From a virus: 64,000 bases of DNA. The stretch is from IMG/VR virus record IMGVR_UViG_3300034355_001150, positions 1 through 64,000 of that record; one strand, 5' to 3'. Each line of letters begins with the position of its first letter. Position 1 is the first letter of the stretch. A program made the position numbers and the translations under genes. The notes under the pieces were generated by a model. The model saw only the letters and a list, made by a program, of their open reading frames with translations, did no database searches and was not told the origin of the DNA. This document shows, in pieces, positions 28,901-39,144 of the stretch.

Positions 28901-29706
28901 GCAATCTTGCTGGCAACAACATCACTATAACTAATGAGTCCAACTTTGGTGCTATTGGCAACGTCACTATTACTGGCGGCAACGCCGGTGAAGTAATAAT
29001 CACTGATGGTGCTGGCAATCTGTCGTTCGGCAACGCAGTTACAGTTATTCCAGCAGTCTATTTTACTGCCAATACTTCTGGCAATAATCTGACATTCGCT
29101 AATGCTATTTTGTCAGCCTATGCTGCCAACACCGATATGACACTGTTCTACAATGGGTCATTGCTAGATAGCAGTTATTACTCGCTTAGTGGTGATACGA
29201 TTACCGTAAAAACACCGCTGTCAACTGGGGATAACATTGATATTATACAACAGTTTGCCGGAACTTTCAACACTGTTGTACCAAATGGTTATGGCAACGC
29301 CAACGTAGCTGCTTACCTACCAACCTACTCTGGTAATGTTGGGGCTGGATACATCAACGCCGACGATGAGATAACAATCGCTACCAATAATGAGCATGGC
29401 GGCGTTGGATATGCTGGCATTATGACGATGACTAACACTGGTTCCAATGTTACTAACCCCAACAAGTTTGTAAGGCTCAATAACGTCGGAGCATTAGAGA
29501 TAATAAATAGTTCATACAGTAATGTTATATTGGCCCTAAGTGATTCCGGCAATACTACTATTACGGGACTATTATCTTCACCTCTCAGAACTGTAACGGC
29601 TAATTCCATAGGTACTGTCGGTCAGATTTGTTGGGATACCAATTACGTTTACGTATGCATTGCAGACAATACATGGAAGAGAACAGCATTGACAGGTGGG
29701 TTCTGA
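25942..29706 (+). CDS. Tail fibre protein with YadA-head-like 15-aa repeats
   Basis: QGxxAIAIG repeats; 40-aa tandem repeats; C-terminus paralogous to 19566. Confidence 0.9.
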   Translation: MSIINKVAGGLANITTYDANTGSIIDITVSGNVTAAYIIGDGSNLSNINAGNLVGAYGNANVAAYLPTYTGAITANSANVTGNVLGANFIGNGQYLSNINIANIAGSYSNSNVASYLPNNTSNISGNVITGNLFFGDGFGLSNIPYANITNAYSNANVASYLPNNTSNISGNVITGNLFFGDGFGLSNIPYANITNAYSNVNVASYLPNNTSNISGNVITGNLLNVNGPAFVAGNLTVSGNVNYTDVTDLVVGDPLIFVGANNVSDIVDLGMIVTFDDGVAQHGGFVRDASDGVWKLFSNVIPEPNTVVDFSNAIYDTLQAGFFLGDGGLLSNINAGNLVGAYSNANVANYLPTFTGTLTAGNANVTGNIIASNFIGNGQYLSNINIANIAGSYSNSNVASYLPNNTSNISGNVITGNLFFGNGFGLSNIPYANITNAYSNVNVAFYLPNNTSNISGNVITGNLFSGNGSQLTNLPIASIIGNGTSNVRIPTANGNITMTINAASAFNLSATSVSVGVGAGSFAQSQFGIAIGENAGQNLQGDGGIAIGAAAGQETQGSGAIAIGLSGTAGNTQGASAIAIGLGTAYDNQGERAIAIGEQAAYDIQGADAIAIGPYSGYSIQGIGAVAVGNYAGHFVQGEYSIAIGTLAGNSSQANNSIILNATGNDLDANNSGFYAAPVRDNVTTDAVFYDVTTNEISYATAYGNANVADYLPINTSSVNADVVTATLFSGDGGLLSNINAGNLVGAYGNANVADYLANNATSGDIYGGIITGTYLYGDGSNLTNIDGSTIFGDINISPNNITAGNATFNGNISVVGNVTVSGNLNYQDVTDLVVGDPLIYIGANNTADIVDLGLVASYDPGAGELHTGFVRDHTDGIWKLFTALADEPTTVVNWANATLAAMEVGTIIGDGGFLSNIQYANVVGAYSNTNVADYLPLNTASVNADVVTATLFSGDGGELSNIIAANLVGAYANANVADYLPTYTGNLAGNNITITNESNFGAIGNVTITGGNAGEVIITDGAGNLSFGNAVTVIPAVYFTANTSGNNLTFANAILSAYAANTDMTLFYNGSLLDSSYYSLSGDTITVKTPLSTGDNIDIIQQFAGTFNTVVPNGYGNANVAAYLPTYSGNVGAGYINADDEITIATNNEHGGVGYAGIMTMTNTGSNVTNPNKFVRLNNVGALEIINSSYSNVILALSDSGNTTITGLLSSPLRTVTANSIGTVGQICWDTNYVYVCIADNTWKRTALTGGF
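26265..26610 (+). repeat. 120-bp (40-aa) tandem repeat, about 3 copies, recurring at about 27110-27340
   Basis: YSNxNVASYLPNNTSNISGNVITGNLFFGDGFGLSNIPYANITNA units nearly identical at DNA level. Confidence 0.85.
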
Positions 29707-29752
29707 TACTAAATCAGCTTCCAACAACAATGAATAATATAGATATGGTATA

Positions 29753-29760
29753 GATAAATA
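29753..29760 (+). promoter_or_regulatory. Late promoter
   Basis: GATAAATA. Confidence 0.7.
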
Positions 29761-29804
29761 TACACATAAAAGAGAATAGCATTAACGAACAACGGAGTTA
29801 TAAA

Positions 29805-32800
29805 ATGTCAATTAAAAATAAAGTAACCGGCGAATTATCAAACATTACTACCTATGATCCAATTACTGGGGAAATCTCAGATATTGGTGTATCTGGTAAT
29901 GTTGTTGCCGGAAATGAGATGGTTGCTGGTTACTTTATTGGTGACGGCAGCAATATATCCAATCTAAATCTATCCAATGCTACCGGTGGTTACGGTAACA
30001 GTAACGTTGCTAATTATATGCCAACATATGCTGGAAATATCTTAGCCAATGTTGTTACTGCTAATTTATTTTACGGTAATGGATTTGGATTAAGTAATAT
30101 TCCTTATGCTAACGTTACTGGTGCCTACAGCAACGCCAACGTTGCCAATTATCTGCCAACGAACACGAGCAATATTGCTGGCAACAATATAACTACAATC
30201 GGAAATGTTACAGCTGGGTATTTTATCGGCGATGGTTATAATCTATCAAACCTGAACTTAGCCAACGCTACTGGTGGTTACGGTAACAGCAACGTTGCTA
30301 ATTATCTACCTACGTATACGGGCAACATCACCGCAAATAATGTTACTGCAACCACATTTATAGGAAACATCGCTCTCGCTAATGTAGTCGGGGCTGGCAA
30401 TCTCGCAGCTATAAACCTAAATGGCAACGTGTCCACGTATTTGGCTGGCAATGGCGGATGGCTACCAAGTCCATCGTTGTACAATAACGCAAGTGCAGCA
30501 GCATATCTTGCTTCGTTCGGCAGCAATTCAATTAATACCACTGGCACTATTTCTTCTGGATACTTTATTGGTAACGGCAGCAATCTTACTAATTTACCGG
30601 GTGCTAATATCGTTGGAGCAATCAACATTTCTCCAAATAACATTACTGCTGGCAATGCTACATTCAACGGCAACATTAGCGTAGCTGGCAACGTCACTGT
30701 ATCTGGTAATCTGAATTATCAGGACGTTACTGATTTAGTGGTAGGTGATCCACTTATCTATATCGGTGCGAATAATACCGCTGACATTGTTGATCTTGGC
30801 TTAATCGCAAGTTATGATCCAGGTAACGGCGAACTACACACTGGGTTCGTTCGTGATCACACTGATGGCGTTTGGAAGCTATTTGACAATCTACCCGATG
30901 AACCAACCACCGTTGTTGATTTTGCTAATGCGACTCCAGCTGATATTCAAGCCGGTACGTTCTTCGGCGATGGCGGTGGATTATCTAACATTCAGTATGC
31001 TAATTTGGTCGGCGCTTATAGCAACTCAAATGTAGCAGCTTATCTGCCCACCTACACTGGTAACATCACCGGTAACACCGCCACATTTACTGGCAATGTA
31101 ACAGGCAATTATATTTTGGGCAATGGTAGCCAACTAACTAGTTTGCCTACTCAGACTCAAATAGTGAATGGCACAAGCAACGTCTTTATCCCAACAGCCA
31201 ACGGTAACATCGCATTTACTGTAGCCGGAAACAGTGCTGGCAGAATCAGCAACAGCGCCGTGTCTTTGGGTGCTGGTGCTGGTGCCACAGCACAAAGCAC
31301 ACAAACTGTTGCCATAGGTGTTACCGCTGGCGCAAACACACAAGGATTCCGTGCTGTTGCCATCGGCTCTGACGCTGGCGCAAACACACAAGGTTCTGGT
31401 TCCGTTGCAGTTGGTCGTGGTGCCGCAACTGATGGACAAGGTTCTAGTTCTGTTGCTGTTGGGCCAACCGCCGGTTATGAATTTCAAGGTATTACAGCCG
31501 TCGCCATAGGTTCTGGCACTGGATACTCACGTCAGGGTCTAAACTCAGTTGCTGTCGGATATAATTCTGCCGGAAACGCACAAGGCAACAATTCAGTATG
31601 TATTGGTTCAAGTGCTGCTACTGAATCTCAAGGATCCAATGCTGTTGCTATAGGAACAAACGCTGGCTACCGAACCCAGGGTGCTAACAGTATCGCTATC
31701 GGTCTCAACGCTGGTGCCGGCAACACATTCGCTCAACCAGCTAACAGTATTGCTATCGTAGCAACCGGTGTTGATATGGTTCCACGCAATGCTGGTTTCT
31801 ATGTTGATCCTGTTCGCAATGATACCGGAAACACCACAAACGTGCTGTATTACAACACGACCACAAAGGAACTTACTTATGGTCCAGGTGCAAGCAATTA
31901 TGGCAACTCAAACGTAGCCACATATCTAGCGAGTGGCAATAACACAAGCAATATTATTACAACAGGTAATTTGGCAATCGGAAATACCATTGCTGTTCTA
32001 CCTAATACTGTTGCAAGCTTTGGTGCTAATGTTGATAGTTATGCTCAGATAAATCTCCAAAACTTGAGCAACGGGTCAAATGCCGAAGCTGATTTTGTTA
32101 TTACCGCCAATAATGGCAATGATACCGTTAATTTTGTTAACATGGGTATCGTCAATAGCGGTTATGATGCAAATACTCCCACCAATAGCCTCGGTAATAT
32201 CATCAATGCTGCTGATGCTTTCGTATATGCTCAAGGTAATACAGCTAATACATCTCAAAGTGGCGGCAATCTCGCTATCGGCACCACAGTTGCAGGAAAA
32301 GTCGTCAGAGTATTTGCTGGTGGTAATACCACATCTGAAATCGTTGCAGTTTTTAGCAATAATCGTGTTACTATTGGATCAGGCGCAGCTACTGCTAATG
32401 CTGGTTCTAACTCGGTCGCTATCGGAACATCTGCTGGTGCTAATGCCCAAGGAAACAATTCCGTAGCTATCGGAACATTTACTGGTAATAGTTTGCAAGG
32501 TGCTAATTCAGTCGCTATTGGCTTTGAATCTGGCAACGCATCACAAAATGCCAACAGTGTTGCAATTGGTTATCACTCTGCAAGAAATAGTCAATCCGTT
32601 CAATCAGTGGCTATCGGTTTTAGAGCAGGTAATAATTCACAGGGATCGCAATCAGTTGCTATCGGACAAAATTGCGGTAATGCCACTCAAGGAACTAATA
32701 GTGTTGCAATTGGATCAGCTGCTGGACAAACTACCCAAGGAGATTACGCTGTTGCTATAGGATCATTCACTGGGGTAACTAGTCAAGGTGGGTTAGCTGT

Positions 32801-35342
32801 GGCTATGGGACATCTAGCAGGTCAATCTACACAAGGCGCGAGAAGCGTTGCTATCGGCTCTGACGCTGCTGTTACGACACAAGGCGCAAATGCAGTAGCG
32901 GTTGGTTACTTGGCTGGTAGAGGAACTCAAGGAAACAGTTCTGTTGCCCTCGGCCACTCAGCAGGAAGCAACGCACAAGGAATGCAAAGTGTTGCTATTG
33001 GCTATCTCGCAGGTAATATTACCCAAGGCAATACCGCCGTTGCTATCGGTTCTTCTGCTGGTGAAACATCACAAGGCATCAGATCAGTTGCGCTTGGTGA
33101 TGGTGCTGCATCAATTTCCCAAGGAACACAATCTGTTGCAATCGGGTATAATGCTGCCGGAAATACCCAAGGCACTAACTCTGTTGCGATTGGGCAAAAT
33201 GCTGGCAATAATTCACAAAGCGGATCAGCAGTAGCAATCGGTAAATCTGCCGGTCAAACGTCTCAAGGTGCATCCGGTATAGCAATCGGCTCTGATGCCG
33301 CTCTGACCTCACAGGGACAAAGTGCTGTCGCTATTGGTACAGGAGCGGCAAATAATACTCAAGGAACTCAATCAGTTGCTATTGGTTACTTGGCTGGTAG
33401 TAATGTTCAAAGTGTCAATGCTGTTGCTATGGGACCATTAGCTGGTCAATTTAGCCAATCTGCAAATGCAGTTGCCATTGGCTTACAAGCTGGCTCAAAT
33501 ACTCAAGGCTCATACGCTATCGCAATCGGTTTCACAGCGGGCTCCACAAGCCAATCTACCAACGGTGTTGCTATTGGCACGTATGCTGCTAACGTATCAC
33601 AGGGTGCTCGTTCAGTAGCCATTGGCTACGATGCTGGTCGTGTATCACAGGGCGGTAGTTCAGTAGCTATAGGCGAAGATGCAGCTAACGCCTCACAGGG
33701 ATTGGGTGGCGTGGCTATCGGTTACCAAGCAGGTGCCAACACTCAGGGTGCCGCTGGTATCGCAATAGGTACAGTGGCCGGTAGTCTCACACAAGGAGCA
33801 CAATCTATTGCTATCGGTAACACGGCTGGGGCAAACACACAAGGTGCCAACTCTATTGCCATGGGCTACCAAGCTGGACAGACAACACAAGGAGCGAGAG
33901 CAATAGCAATCGGCGGAGTAGCTGGTCAGGTTTCACAAGGCATCAATTCTGTTGCCATTGGTTATCTTGCTGGTAACGCTTCTCAACCAGCAAATAGTAT
34001 TATCCTTAATGCTTCTGGTTCAGCACAAAACGCAACCAACTCAGGTTTCTATGTCAATCCAGTTCGTAACGACACTGCTAATGTGGCAAACGTTGTTTAT
34101 TTCAACGCAACCACTAATGAACTCACCTATGCTACTGCCTATGGTAATACACAGGTCAGCAACTACTTAGCAAACGGCAACAATACCGGCGGGTATTCTA
34201 CCACAGGCAACATTTCTTCAGGTAGCATAACAGCAAATGGTAATATCATTGTATCAGGAAATGTCGGTACAGGCAACATAAGTGGCGCTAATAATATCGC
34301 TGCTGTCAATTTCCTAGCATCTGGTAACATCACGGTCAGTGGCTTATCAAACCTCGGTGCTGTGGGCAATGTCAGTATCACTGGTGGCAGTAATGGTCAA
34401 GTTCTTACAACTAACGGCAATGGAGTACTAAGTTGGACTACAGTAAGCGGCGGCAGCAGCTATGGCAATAGTAACGTTGCTCTCTATCTTGCTAGTGGTA
34501 CTAATACAAGCAACGTCATTACTACTGGAAACCTCGCGGCTGGTACTACCATCAGTTCATTGCCGAATACTGTAGCCAGTTTTGGTGGTAATGTAGATAG
34601 TTACTTGCAAATCAATCTACAGAACTTGAGTACAGGCAGTAATGCGGAATCCGACATCGTTATCACTGCTAATAACGGTAACGATACTGTCAATTATGCT
34701 GCGTTGGGATTGGTCAATAGCGCCTACGACAGAAACTCTCCGACTAATAGTCTAGGTAATATCCTCTACCCGGTTGATACATTCTTGTATGCTCAAGGCA
34801 ATACTGCTAATACTGCACAGAGCGGTGGTAACCTGGTTCTCGGTACCACAGTGCCAACGAAAAACATCAAGTTATTCGCTGGTGGTAACAATGACCAAGC
34901 ACAGGTAGCAGTATTCACTAACAGTAACGTGTTTATGAATGCTATTCGTAGCGATAACGGAAACCTCGTAAACGTGATGTATTTTAATACTTCCACGAAG
35001 GAAGTAAGTTACGGACCAGCGTCTGTTATCGGCAAGACTACTCTTACCGGCAACACTACTCTGAGCCTTGGACAAGCAGGCACGTTCTTGTATTCAACAT
35101 CAGCAAACAACATCAGCGTGACAGTTCCATCAAACTCCAACGTTGCGTTCGCTGTAGGTACTACCATTACGCTCGTACAGCAAGGTTCGGGTGCGGCAGT
35201 TCTTACTCCACAGGCAGGCGTAACTATGTATCTCGGTGGCAACAACATAAGCACCAGCAGAACAGTAAGCCCATACGGCATTGGAACGTTGTTGAAGGTG
35301 GATACTGATACCTGGTTCGTTAACGGCACAGGAGTATATTAA
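29805..35342 (+). CDS. Giant tail fibre with long YadA/Hep_Hag-like beta-roll arrays
   Basis: 1845 aa; N-terminus paralogous to 25942; C-terminal VTVP....AFAVGTTI...TLLKVDTDTW domain. Confidence 0.9.
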   Translation: MSIKNKVTGELSNITTYDPITGEISDIGVSGNVVAGNEMVAGYFIGDGSNISNLNLSNATGGYGNSNVANYMPTYAGNILANVVTANLFYGNGFGLSNIPYANVTGAYSNANVANYLPTNTSNIAGNNITTIGNVTAGYFIGDGYNLSNLNLANATGGYGNSNVANYLPTYTGNITANNVTATTFIGNIALANVVGAGNLAAINLNGNVSTYLAGNGGWLPSPSLYNNASAAAYLASFGSNSINTTGTISSGYFIGNGSNLTNLPGANIVGAINISPNNITAGNATFNGNISVAGNVTVSGNLNYQDVTDLVVGDPLIYIGANNTADIVDLGLIASYDPGNGELHTGFVRDHTDGVWKLFDNLPDEPTTVVDFANATPADIQAGTFFGDGGGLSNIQYANLVGAYSNSNVAAYLPTYTGNITGNTATFTGNVTGNYILGNGSQLTSLPTQTQIVNGTSNVFIPTANGNIAFTVAGNSAGRISNSAVSLGAGAGATAQSTQTVAIGVTAGANTQGFRAVAIGSDAGANTQGSGSVAVGRGAATDGQGSSSVAVGPTAGYEFQGITAVAIGSGTGYSRQGLNSVAVGYNSAGNAQGNNSVCIGSSAATESQGSNAVAIGTNAGYRTQGANSIAIGLNAGAGNTFAQPANSIAIVATGVDMVPRNAGFYVDPVRNDTGNTTNVLYYNTTTKELTYGPGASNYGNSNVATYLASGNNTSNIITTGNLAIGNTIAVLPNTVASFGANVDSYAQINLQNLSNGSNAEADFVITANNGNDTVNFVNMGIVNSGYDANTPTNSLGNIINAADAFVYAQGNTANTSQSGGNLAIGTTVAGKVVRVFAGGNTTSEIVAVFSNNRVTIGSGAATANAGSNSVAIGTSAGANAQGNNSVAIGTFTGNSLQGANSVAIGFESGNASQNANSVAIGYHSARNSQSVQSVAIGFRAGNNSQGSQSVAIGQNCGNATQGTNSVAIGSAAGQTTQGDYAVAIGSFTGVTSQGGLAVAMGHLAGQSTQGARSVAIGSDAAVTTQGANAVAVGYLAGRGTQGNSSVALGHSAGSNAQGMQSVAIGYLAGNITQGNTAVAIGSSAGETSQGIRSVALGDGAASISQGTQSVAIGYNAAGNTQGTNSVAIGQNAGNNSQSGSAVAIGKSAGQTSQGASGIAIGSDAALTSQGQSAVAIGTGAANNTQGTQSVAIGYLAGSNVQSVNAVAMGPLAGQFSQSANAVAIGLQAGSNTQGSYAIAIGFTAGSTSQSTNGVAIGTYAANVSQGARSVAIGYDAGRVSQGGSSVAIGEDAANASQGLGGVAIGYQAGANTQGAAGIAIGTVAGSLTQGAQSIAIGNTAGANTQGANSIAMGYQAGQTTQGARAIAIGGVAGQVSQGINSVAIGYLAGNASQPANSIILNASGSAQNATNSGFYVNPVRNDTANVANVVYFNATTNELTYATAYGNTQVSNYLANGNNTGGYSTTGNISSGSITANGNIIVSGNVGTGNISGANNIAAVNFLASGNITVSGLSNLGAVGNVSITGGSNGQVLTTNGNGVLSWTTVSGGSSYGNSNVALYLASGTNTSNVITTGNLAAGTTISSLPNTVASFGGNVDSYLQINLQNLSTGSNAESDIVITANNGNDTVNYAALGLVNSAYDRNSPTNSLGNILYPVDTFLYAQGNTANTAQSGGNLVLGTTVPTKNIKLFAGGNNDQAQVAVFTNSNVFMNAIRSDNGNLVNVMYFNTSTKEVSYGPASVIGKTTLTGNTTLSLGQAGTFLYSTSANNISVTVPSNSNVAFAVGTTITLVQQGSGAAVLTPQAGVTMYLGGNNISTSRTVSPYGIGTLLKVDTDTWFVNGTGVY
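32370..33990 (+). repeat. Array of about 36 x 45-bp (15-aa) QGxxxVAIGxxAGxx repeats
   Basis: Uninterrupted 15-aa periodicity in the translation. Confidence 0.85.
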
Positions 35343-35343
35343 T

Positions 35344-36927
35344 ATGTCAGCTTTTGAACAGCTAACAGTGGGGTCGGCGGCGCTACCGCCGTCGGGCTCT
35401 ACCGCATATGGTGTGTCTAACCAAAACAATGCAAATATGTTTCTACCGAATAGCGTTGCTAATTTCAACAACTTGCTGCCGCTCACTGGTGATTTTTGTT
35501 GGGAGATGTGGTGCTCCATAGACGGCCTTGGTGGACAGATGTTCAGTTTTGGCAATTTGCCTGGTTATCAGTTTGGTGTTAGTTTTTATCAACCTGGAGA
35601 CGGTACAGCGGCATTGTCATTCCTAGTGGGCGGCGGGCAAGGACCGGATACCTACTACTATGCTCCAGCAAGTAACTACGCAGGAGCAGGATGGATGCAT
35701 CTTGCTTTTGCTCGCAGCGGAACAACAGTGAGCACATGGGTCAATGGGGTGTTATCAGCACGACTATCTGGCTTCACTGGTACAATTGATTCTTCTGTTT
35801 CTACGACCTTATGGATATTTGGTGGTCCAGTTGGCGACCGAGACGAGACTTATGGTTATAGCACGTCCGGCAGCTGGCGTAATCTAAGATATGTCATCGG
35901 TGATTCTGTGTATGGCACTAGTAATTCGTTTGTCCCGCCCCCTGTAAGTGAAAATATACCGGTTATCACCGGGACCCAGTATATTTGGTGGTTGAATCCT
36001 ACAAGCGACATTCCGGATCATAGCACTTTTAACTATGATCCTCGTACTCCTGATTATACTGCGGATGCAGCATGGTTGTGGACTAGTGGAACTGGTGCAT
36101 CAAACGGTACCCAGCCAGCTAAGATGCCGTTCGTATTCCCAGGCGGTGACCCTGCGTTTCCGATTACTAATTACGGACAGATTTTGGGTAGAGGGAGTTT
36201 CACAAACATGGGTACGGCACCTAACCAGCCTATTATCACTAGCGTCGGTCCCGCTGTTCCTGGTTTTTGGGCCAACACTGTGGGCGATTTTACAGCGACG
36301 GGCACTAATGTTCGCATATACAACGCTGGAGCACAAACGCTTTCACCTGGTCAACAGAGTTGCATTTATATCCTATATTTCTATGTCCCTGGTAACATAA
36401 CCAACGAATGCAAAAATTTATTAGTAACAGAAGCAGCAAACGGATTTGTGCTTAACATTGGTAGAACTGGATACGGATTAGATTGGGTATCTATTGAAAC
36501 GTACGAAGGCACTGAGTTGGCATATGGTGCGCACGTATGGGCTCGTAACGCTTGGAATTATTTGGTAGTACAGCGGCTGTGTCAACCATTCTACTCCGCT
36601 TACAACTTTGCTGTTTGGGGCGGATGGGCTGGTGCCAGTATGGTTCCCAAGATACCAATGTATGACGCTGGATTCGCATCCTATTCGTTTGCAGGCAGCA
36701 CCCAACCTTTCTCTATAGGATGTAAAGCTGGGTCAAGCGTGTCGTGTCAATTGTATCTCAGTGAGATTTGGACGTGGATCGGTAATTACGCACCAGAATT
36801 CTATGACTTTGATGCTCCGTTTATATCTCAACAGACGGTCGCTCCATTTGTTAACTACGCCGATGCTGCCCTTGGTATGATCTTTGACGGAGCAAACGGC
36901 AGTACTACATTTAATCAGTTATTATAA
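35344..36927 (+). CDS. Tandem LamG/ConA-like lectin-domain protein (fibre tip candidate)
   Basis: GDFCWEMW, WMHLAFARSGTTVSTWVNG, NLRYVIG and a second WNYLVVQR LamG-like motif. Confidence 0.75.
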   Translation: MSAFEQLTVGSAALPPSGSTAYGVSNQNNANMFLPNSVANFNNLLPLTGDFCWEMWCSIDGLGGQMFSFGNLPGYQFGVSFYQPGDGTAALSFLVGGGQGPDTYYYAPASNYAGAGWMHLAFARSGTTVSTWVNGVLSARLSGFTGTIDSSVSTTLWIFGGPVGDRDETYGYSTSGSWRNLRYVIGDSVYGTSNSFVPPPVSENIPVITGTQYIWWLNPTSDIPDHSTFNYDPRTPDYTADAAWLWTSGTGASNGTQPAKMPFVFPGGDPAFPITNYGQILGRGSFTNMGTAPNQPIITSVGPAVPGFWANTVGDFTATGTNVRIYNAGAQTLSPGQQSCIYILYFYVPGNITNECKNLLVTEAANGFVLNIGRTGYGLDWVSIETYEGTELAYGAHVWARNAWNYLVVQRLCQPFYSAYNFAVWGGWAGASMVPKIPMYDAGFASYSFAGSTQPFSIGCKAGSSVSCQLYLSEIWTWIGNYAPEFYDFDAPFISQQTVAPFVNYADAALGMIFDGANGSTTFNQLL

Positions 36928-36928
36928 T

Positions 36929-37678
36929 ATGAATCCCAATTACTTTTACGACCTAAAATATATCAGTCCATATCGGTTTTACATCTTTGAGTATTCAAAG
37001 TTGGACCCTGAACAGAAGGTGGATTTTTCTGTTTATTACGACGAGGGTATGATAGAGGCAGGCTTCTTTAATGATGAGAGTCTTGCTCTGCTTGACCAAT
37101 ACCGTGCTGTCCCTGCTCCCTACTCTTCGTACCCAAGTTTGGCACTTGAGTTTGATTGTGGTTCTAAAACTCCTGCATTCTTTACCAGACTACAGTTTAG
37201 AGCATTCAGAGCAGAAGAGACAATGGCTGGGTTGGCGTCTATTCTTGGTGTTTCTACACCTGCACTACCCGTAGTCAATTCTCCAGCGGAATACGACGAA
37301 GTAGGCATTTATCCCGAAAGAAATCGCAATCAATTCAAGTTTGCCGTTCGCGGTCATGGCCAAGCGTTGAAGGATTTTGCTGACCTTCACGGCTGTAATA
37401 ACACCGATGTAATAATGAGCGTGGATCATCCACCAATGAACACAGCGGTCAACTTCAATTGGGATGGCGAAAGGATGTCACATTTCACATTCTCTGCACC
37501 AGATTTAGGAGTGAATGACGAATGGGTTCAGCATGTCACTGAACACAATGCCGCTAAATGTGCTGAGTATTTTGGCGAGCGTGAATATAATATTCAACGT
37601 GTTGTGAAAATGTCAATAGGCACAGATTTGCCCGATGGGTACTTGAAGGCTTACTTCATTGTTAGAGCATCAAAATAA
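36929..37678 (+). CDS. Hypothetical protein
   Basis: ATG 1 nt after the upstream stop; globular, non-fibre composition. Confidence 0.7.
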   Translation: MNPNYFYDLKYISPYRFYIFEYSKLDPEQKVDFSVYYDEGMIEAGFFNDESLALLDQYRAVPAPYSSYPSLALEFDCGSKTPAFFTRLQFRAFRAEETMAGLASILGVSTPALPVVNSPAEYDEVGIYPERNRNQFKFAVRGHGQALKDFADLHGCNNTDVIMSVDHPPMNTAVNFNWDGERMSHFTFSAPDLGVNDEWVQHVTEHNAAKCAEYFGEREYNIQRVVKMSIGTDLPDGYLKAYFIVRASK

Positions 37679-37684
37679 ACGATT

Positions 37685-38416
37685 ATGTCAATTACAGTAG
37701 AGTCAGGTATTACAGTTCAGAACGGAATCGTCATGGGCGATATACCGATTATCAGTGCTGGTGCCAATACTCACACTATTGTCGCCAACACTAATGCTAG
37801 GATGTCAACCGCTCAAGCTAAGTTTGGAACAGCATCATACACAAGTAACTCTACAGCAGGTTATTTGCGTATCACTCCCTTTTCAGATTTTGTTTGGGGA
37901 ACAGGTGATTTCACGATGGAAATGTGGCTTCGTCCTACATCGGTGACCTCAGCCTACACGTTGGTTGGATTTCGTCCAGCGAGTACAGAAGGTCTATTTC
38001 CTAATATATACGTAAATAACAACAATACAGTAAATTGGTATATTGCGACTGGCAACAGAATAACATCTGCTCTTGGCATTCTGACCTTGAATGATTGGAA
38101 CTCTATTGCGGTTGTTCGGTTATCGGGCAATACCAAGCTATACGTAAATGGCACCCAAACTGGTTCAACCTACGTTGATAACAATAACTACCAAGCTGGA
38201 GCGTGTATCATCGGGGCTAATGATTTTCAAAACGGTACCAGTTTGTTCGTACAAGGCAATCTGGATGAAATCAGATTCAGTAATGTAGCAAGATACTCTG
38301 GCAATTACACGCCTGCTACTGGTCAATTTTGGCCAGATACTTTTACTCGGTTGTTGCTCCATTGTGATGGTGCCAACAACAGCACATCTTTTACAGACTC
38401 AAGTAGCGCAGTATGA
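37685..38416 (+). CDS. LamG/ConA-like domain virion protein, paralog 1
   Basis: STAQAKFGT, GTGDFTMEMW, LYVNG, LDEIRFSNVARY, LLLHCDG. Confidence 0.85.
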   Translation: MSITVESGITVQNGIVMGDIPIISAGANTHTIVANTNARMSTAQAKFGTASYTSNSTAGYLRITPFSDFVWGTGDFTMEMWLRPTSVTSAYTLVGFRPASTEGLFPNIYVNNNNTVNWYIATGNRITSALGILTLNDWNSIAVVRLSGNTKLYVNGTQTGSTYVDNNNYQAGACIIGANDFQNGTSLFVQGNLDEIRFSNVARYSGNYTPATGQFWPDTFTRLLLHCDGANNSTSFTDSSSAV

Positions 38417-39144
38417 CAATAACGATTGAATCCGGAATAACAATAGCACCAGGTATTGCCATAGGAGATATACCTGTCTTTTCAAGCGGGGGTGGATTGA
38501 CTCACACTGTCACTCCTGTCGGACAGGCTCAGGTATCAACCGCCCAAGCCAAGTTTGGAACAGGCTCATATACATCCAACAACTTGAGTGGTTACTTGCG
38601 TGTAAATCCTTTTTCGGATTTTGCTTGGGGCACCGGTAATTTTACTATGGAGTTTTGGTACAGACCAGTGGCATTCTCAACAGCATCCACGCTGATTGGG
38701 TTGAGGCCAGCATCAAACGAAGGCGCATATCCGGTCATTTTTATCAATACTAACTCCTCAGTCGGCTATTATGTAAGCGCAGTAACTCGGATAACTTCTG
38801 CGACCACTGTGATTACGGCGAACACTTGGAACTCTATTGCTGTTGTTCGTTCCGCTGGCAACACTAGGATGTACATCAATGGAAACCAAAGTGGCAGTAC
38901 GTTCGTAGATTCTTTCAACTATCAAGCGGGCAACTGTATCATAGCAGGAAATGATTTTACGCTCGGATCTGCTCCTATACTCGGCAACATGGATGAAATC
39001 AGATTGAGCAACATTGCCAGATATACTGCCAACTATACACCAGCTACCTCTGCTTTCACGACAGATAATTACACTAAATTATTGATTCACTGCGATGGAA
39101 CCAATGGCAGTAATGTTTTTGTTGATATGAGCAGTGCTATATGA
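38413..39144 (+). CDS. LamG/ConA-like domain virion protein, paralog 2
   Basis: Same motifs; ATGA overlap. Confidence 0.85.
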   Translation: MTITIESGITIAPGIAIGDIPVFSSGGGLTHTVTPVGQAQVSTAQAKFGTGSYTSNNLSGYLRVNPFSDFAWGTGNFTMEFWYRPVAFSTASTLIGLRPASNEGAYPVIFINTNSSVGYYVSAVTRITSATTVITANTWNSIAVVRSAGNTRMYINGNQSGSTFVDSFNYQAGNCIIAGNDFTLGSAPILGNMDEIRLSNIARYTANYTPATSAFTTDNYTKLLIHCDGTNGSNVFVDMSSAI

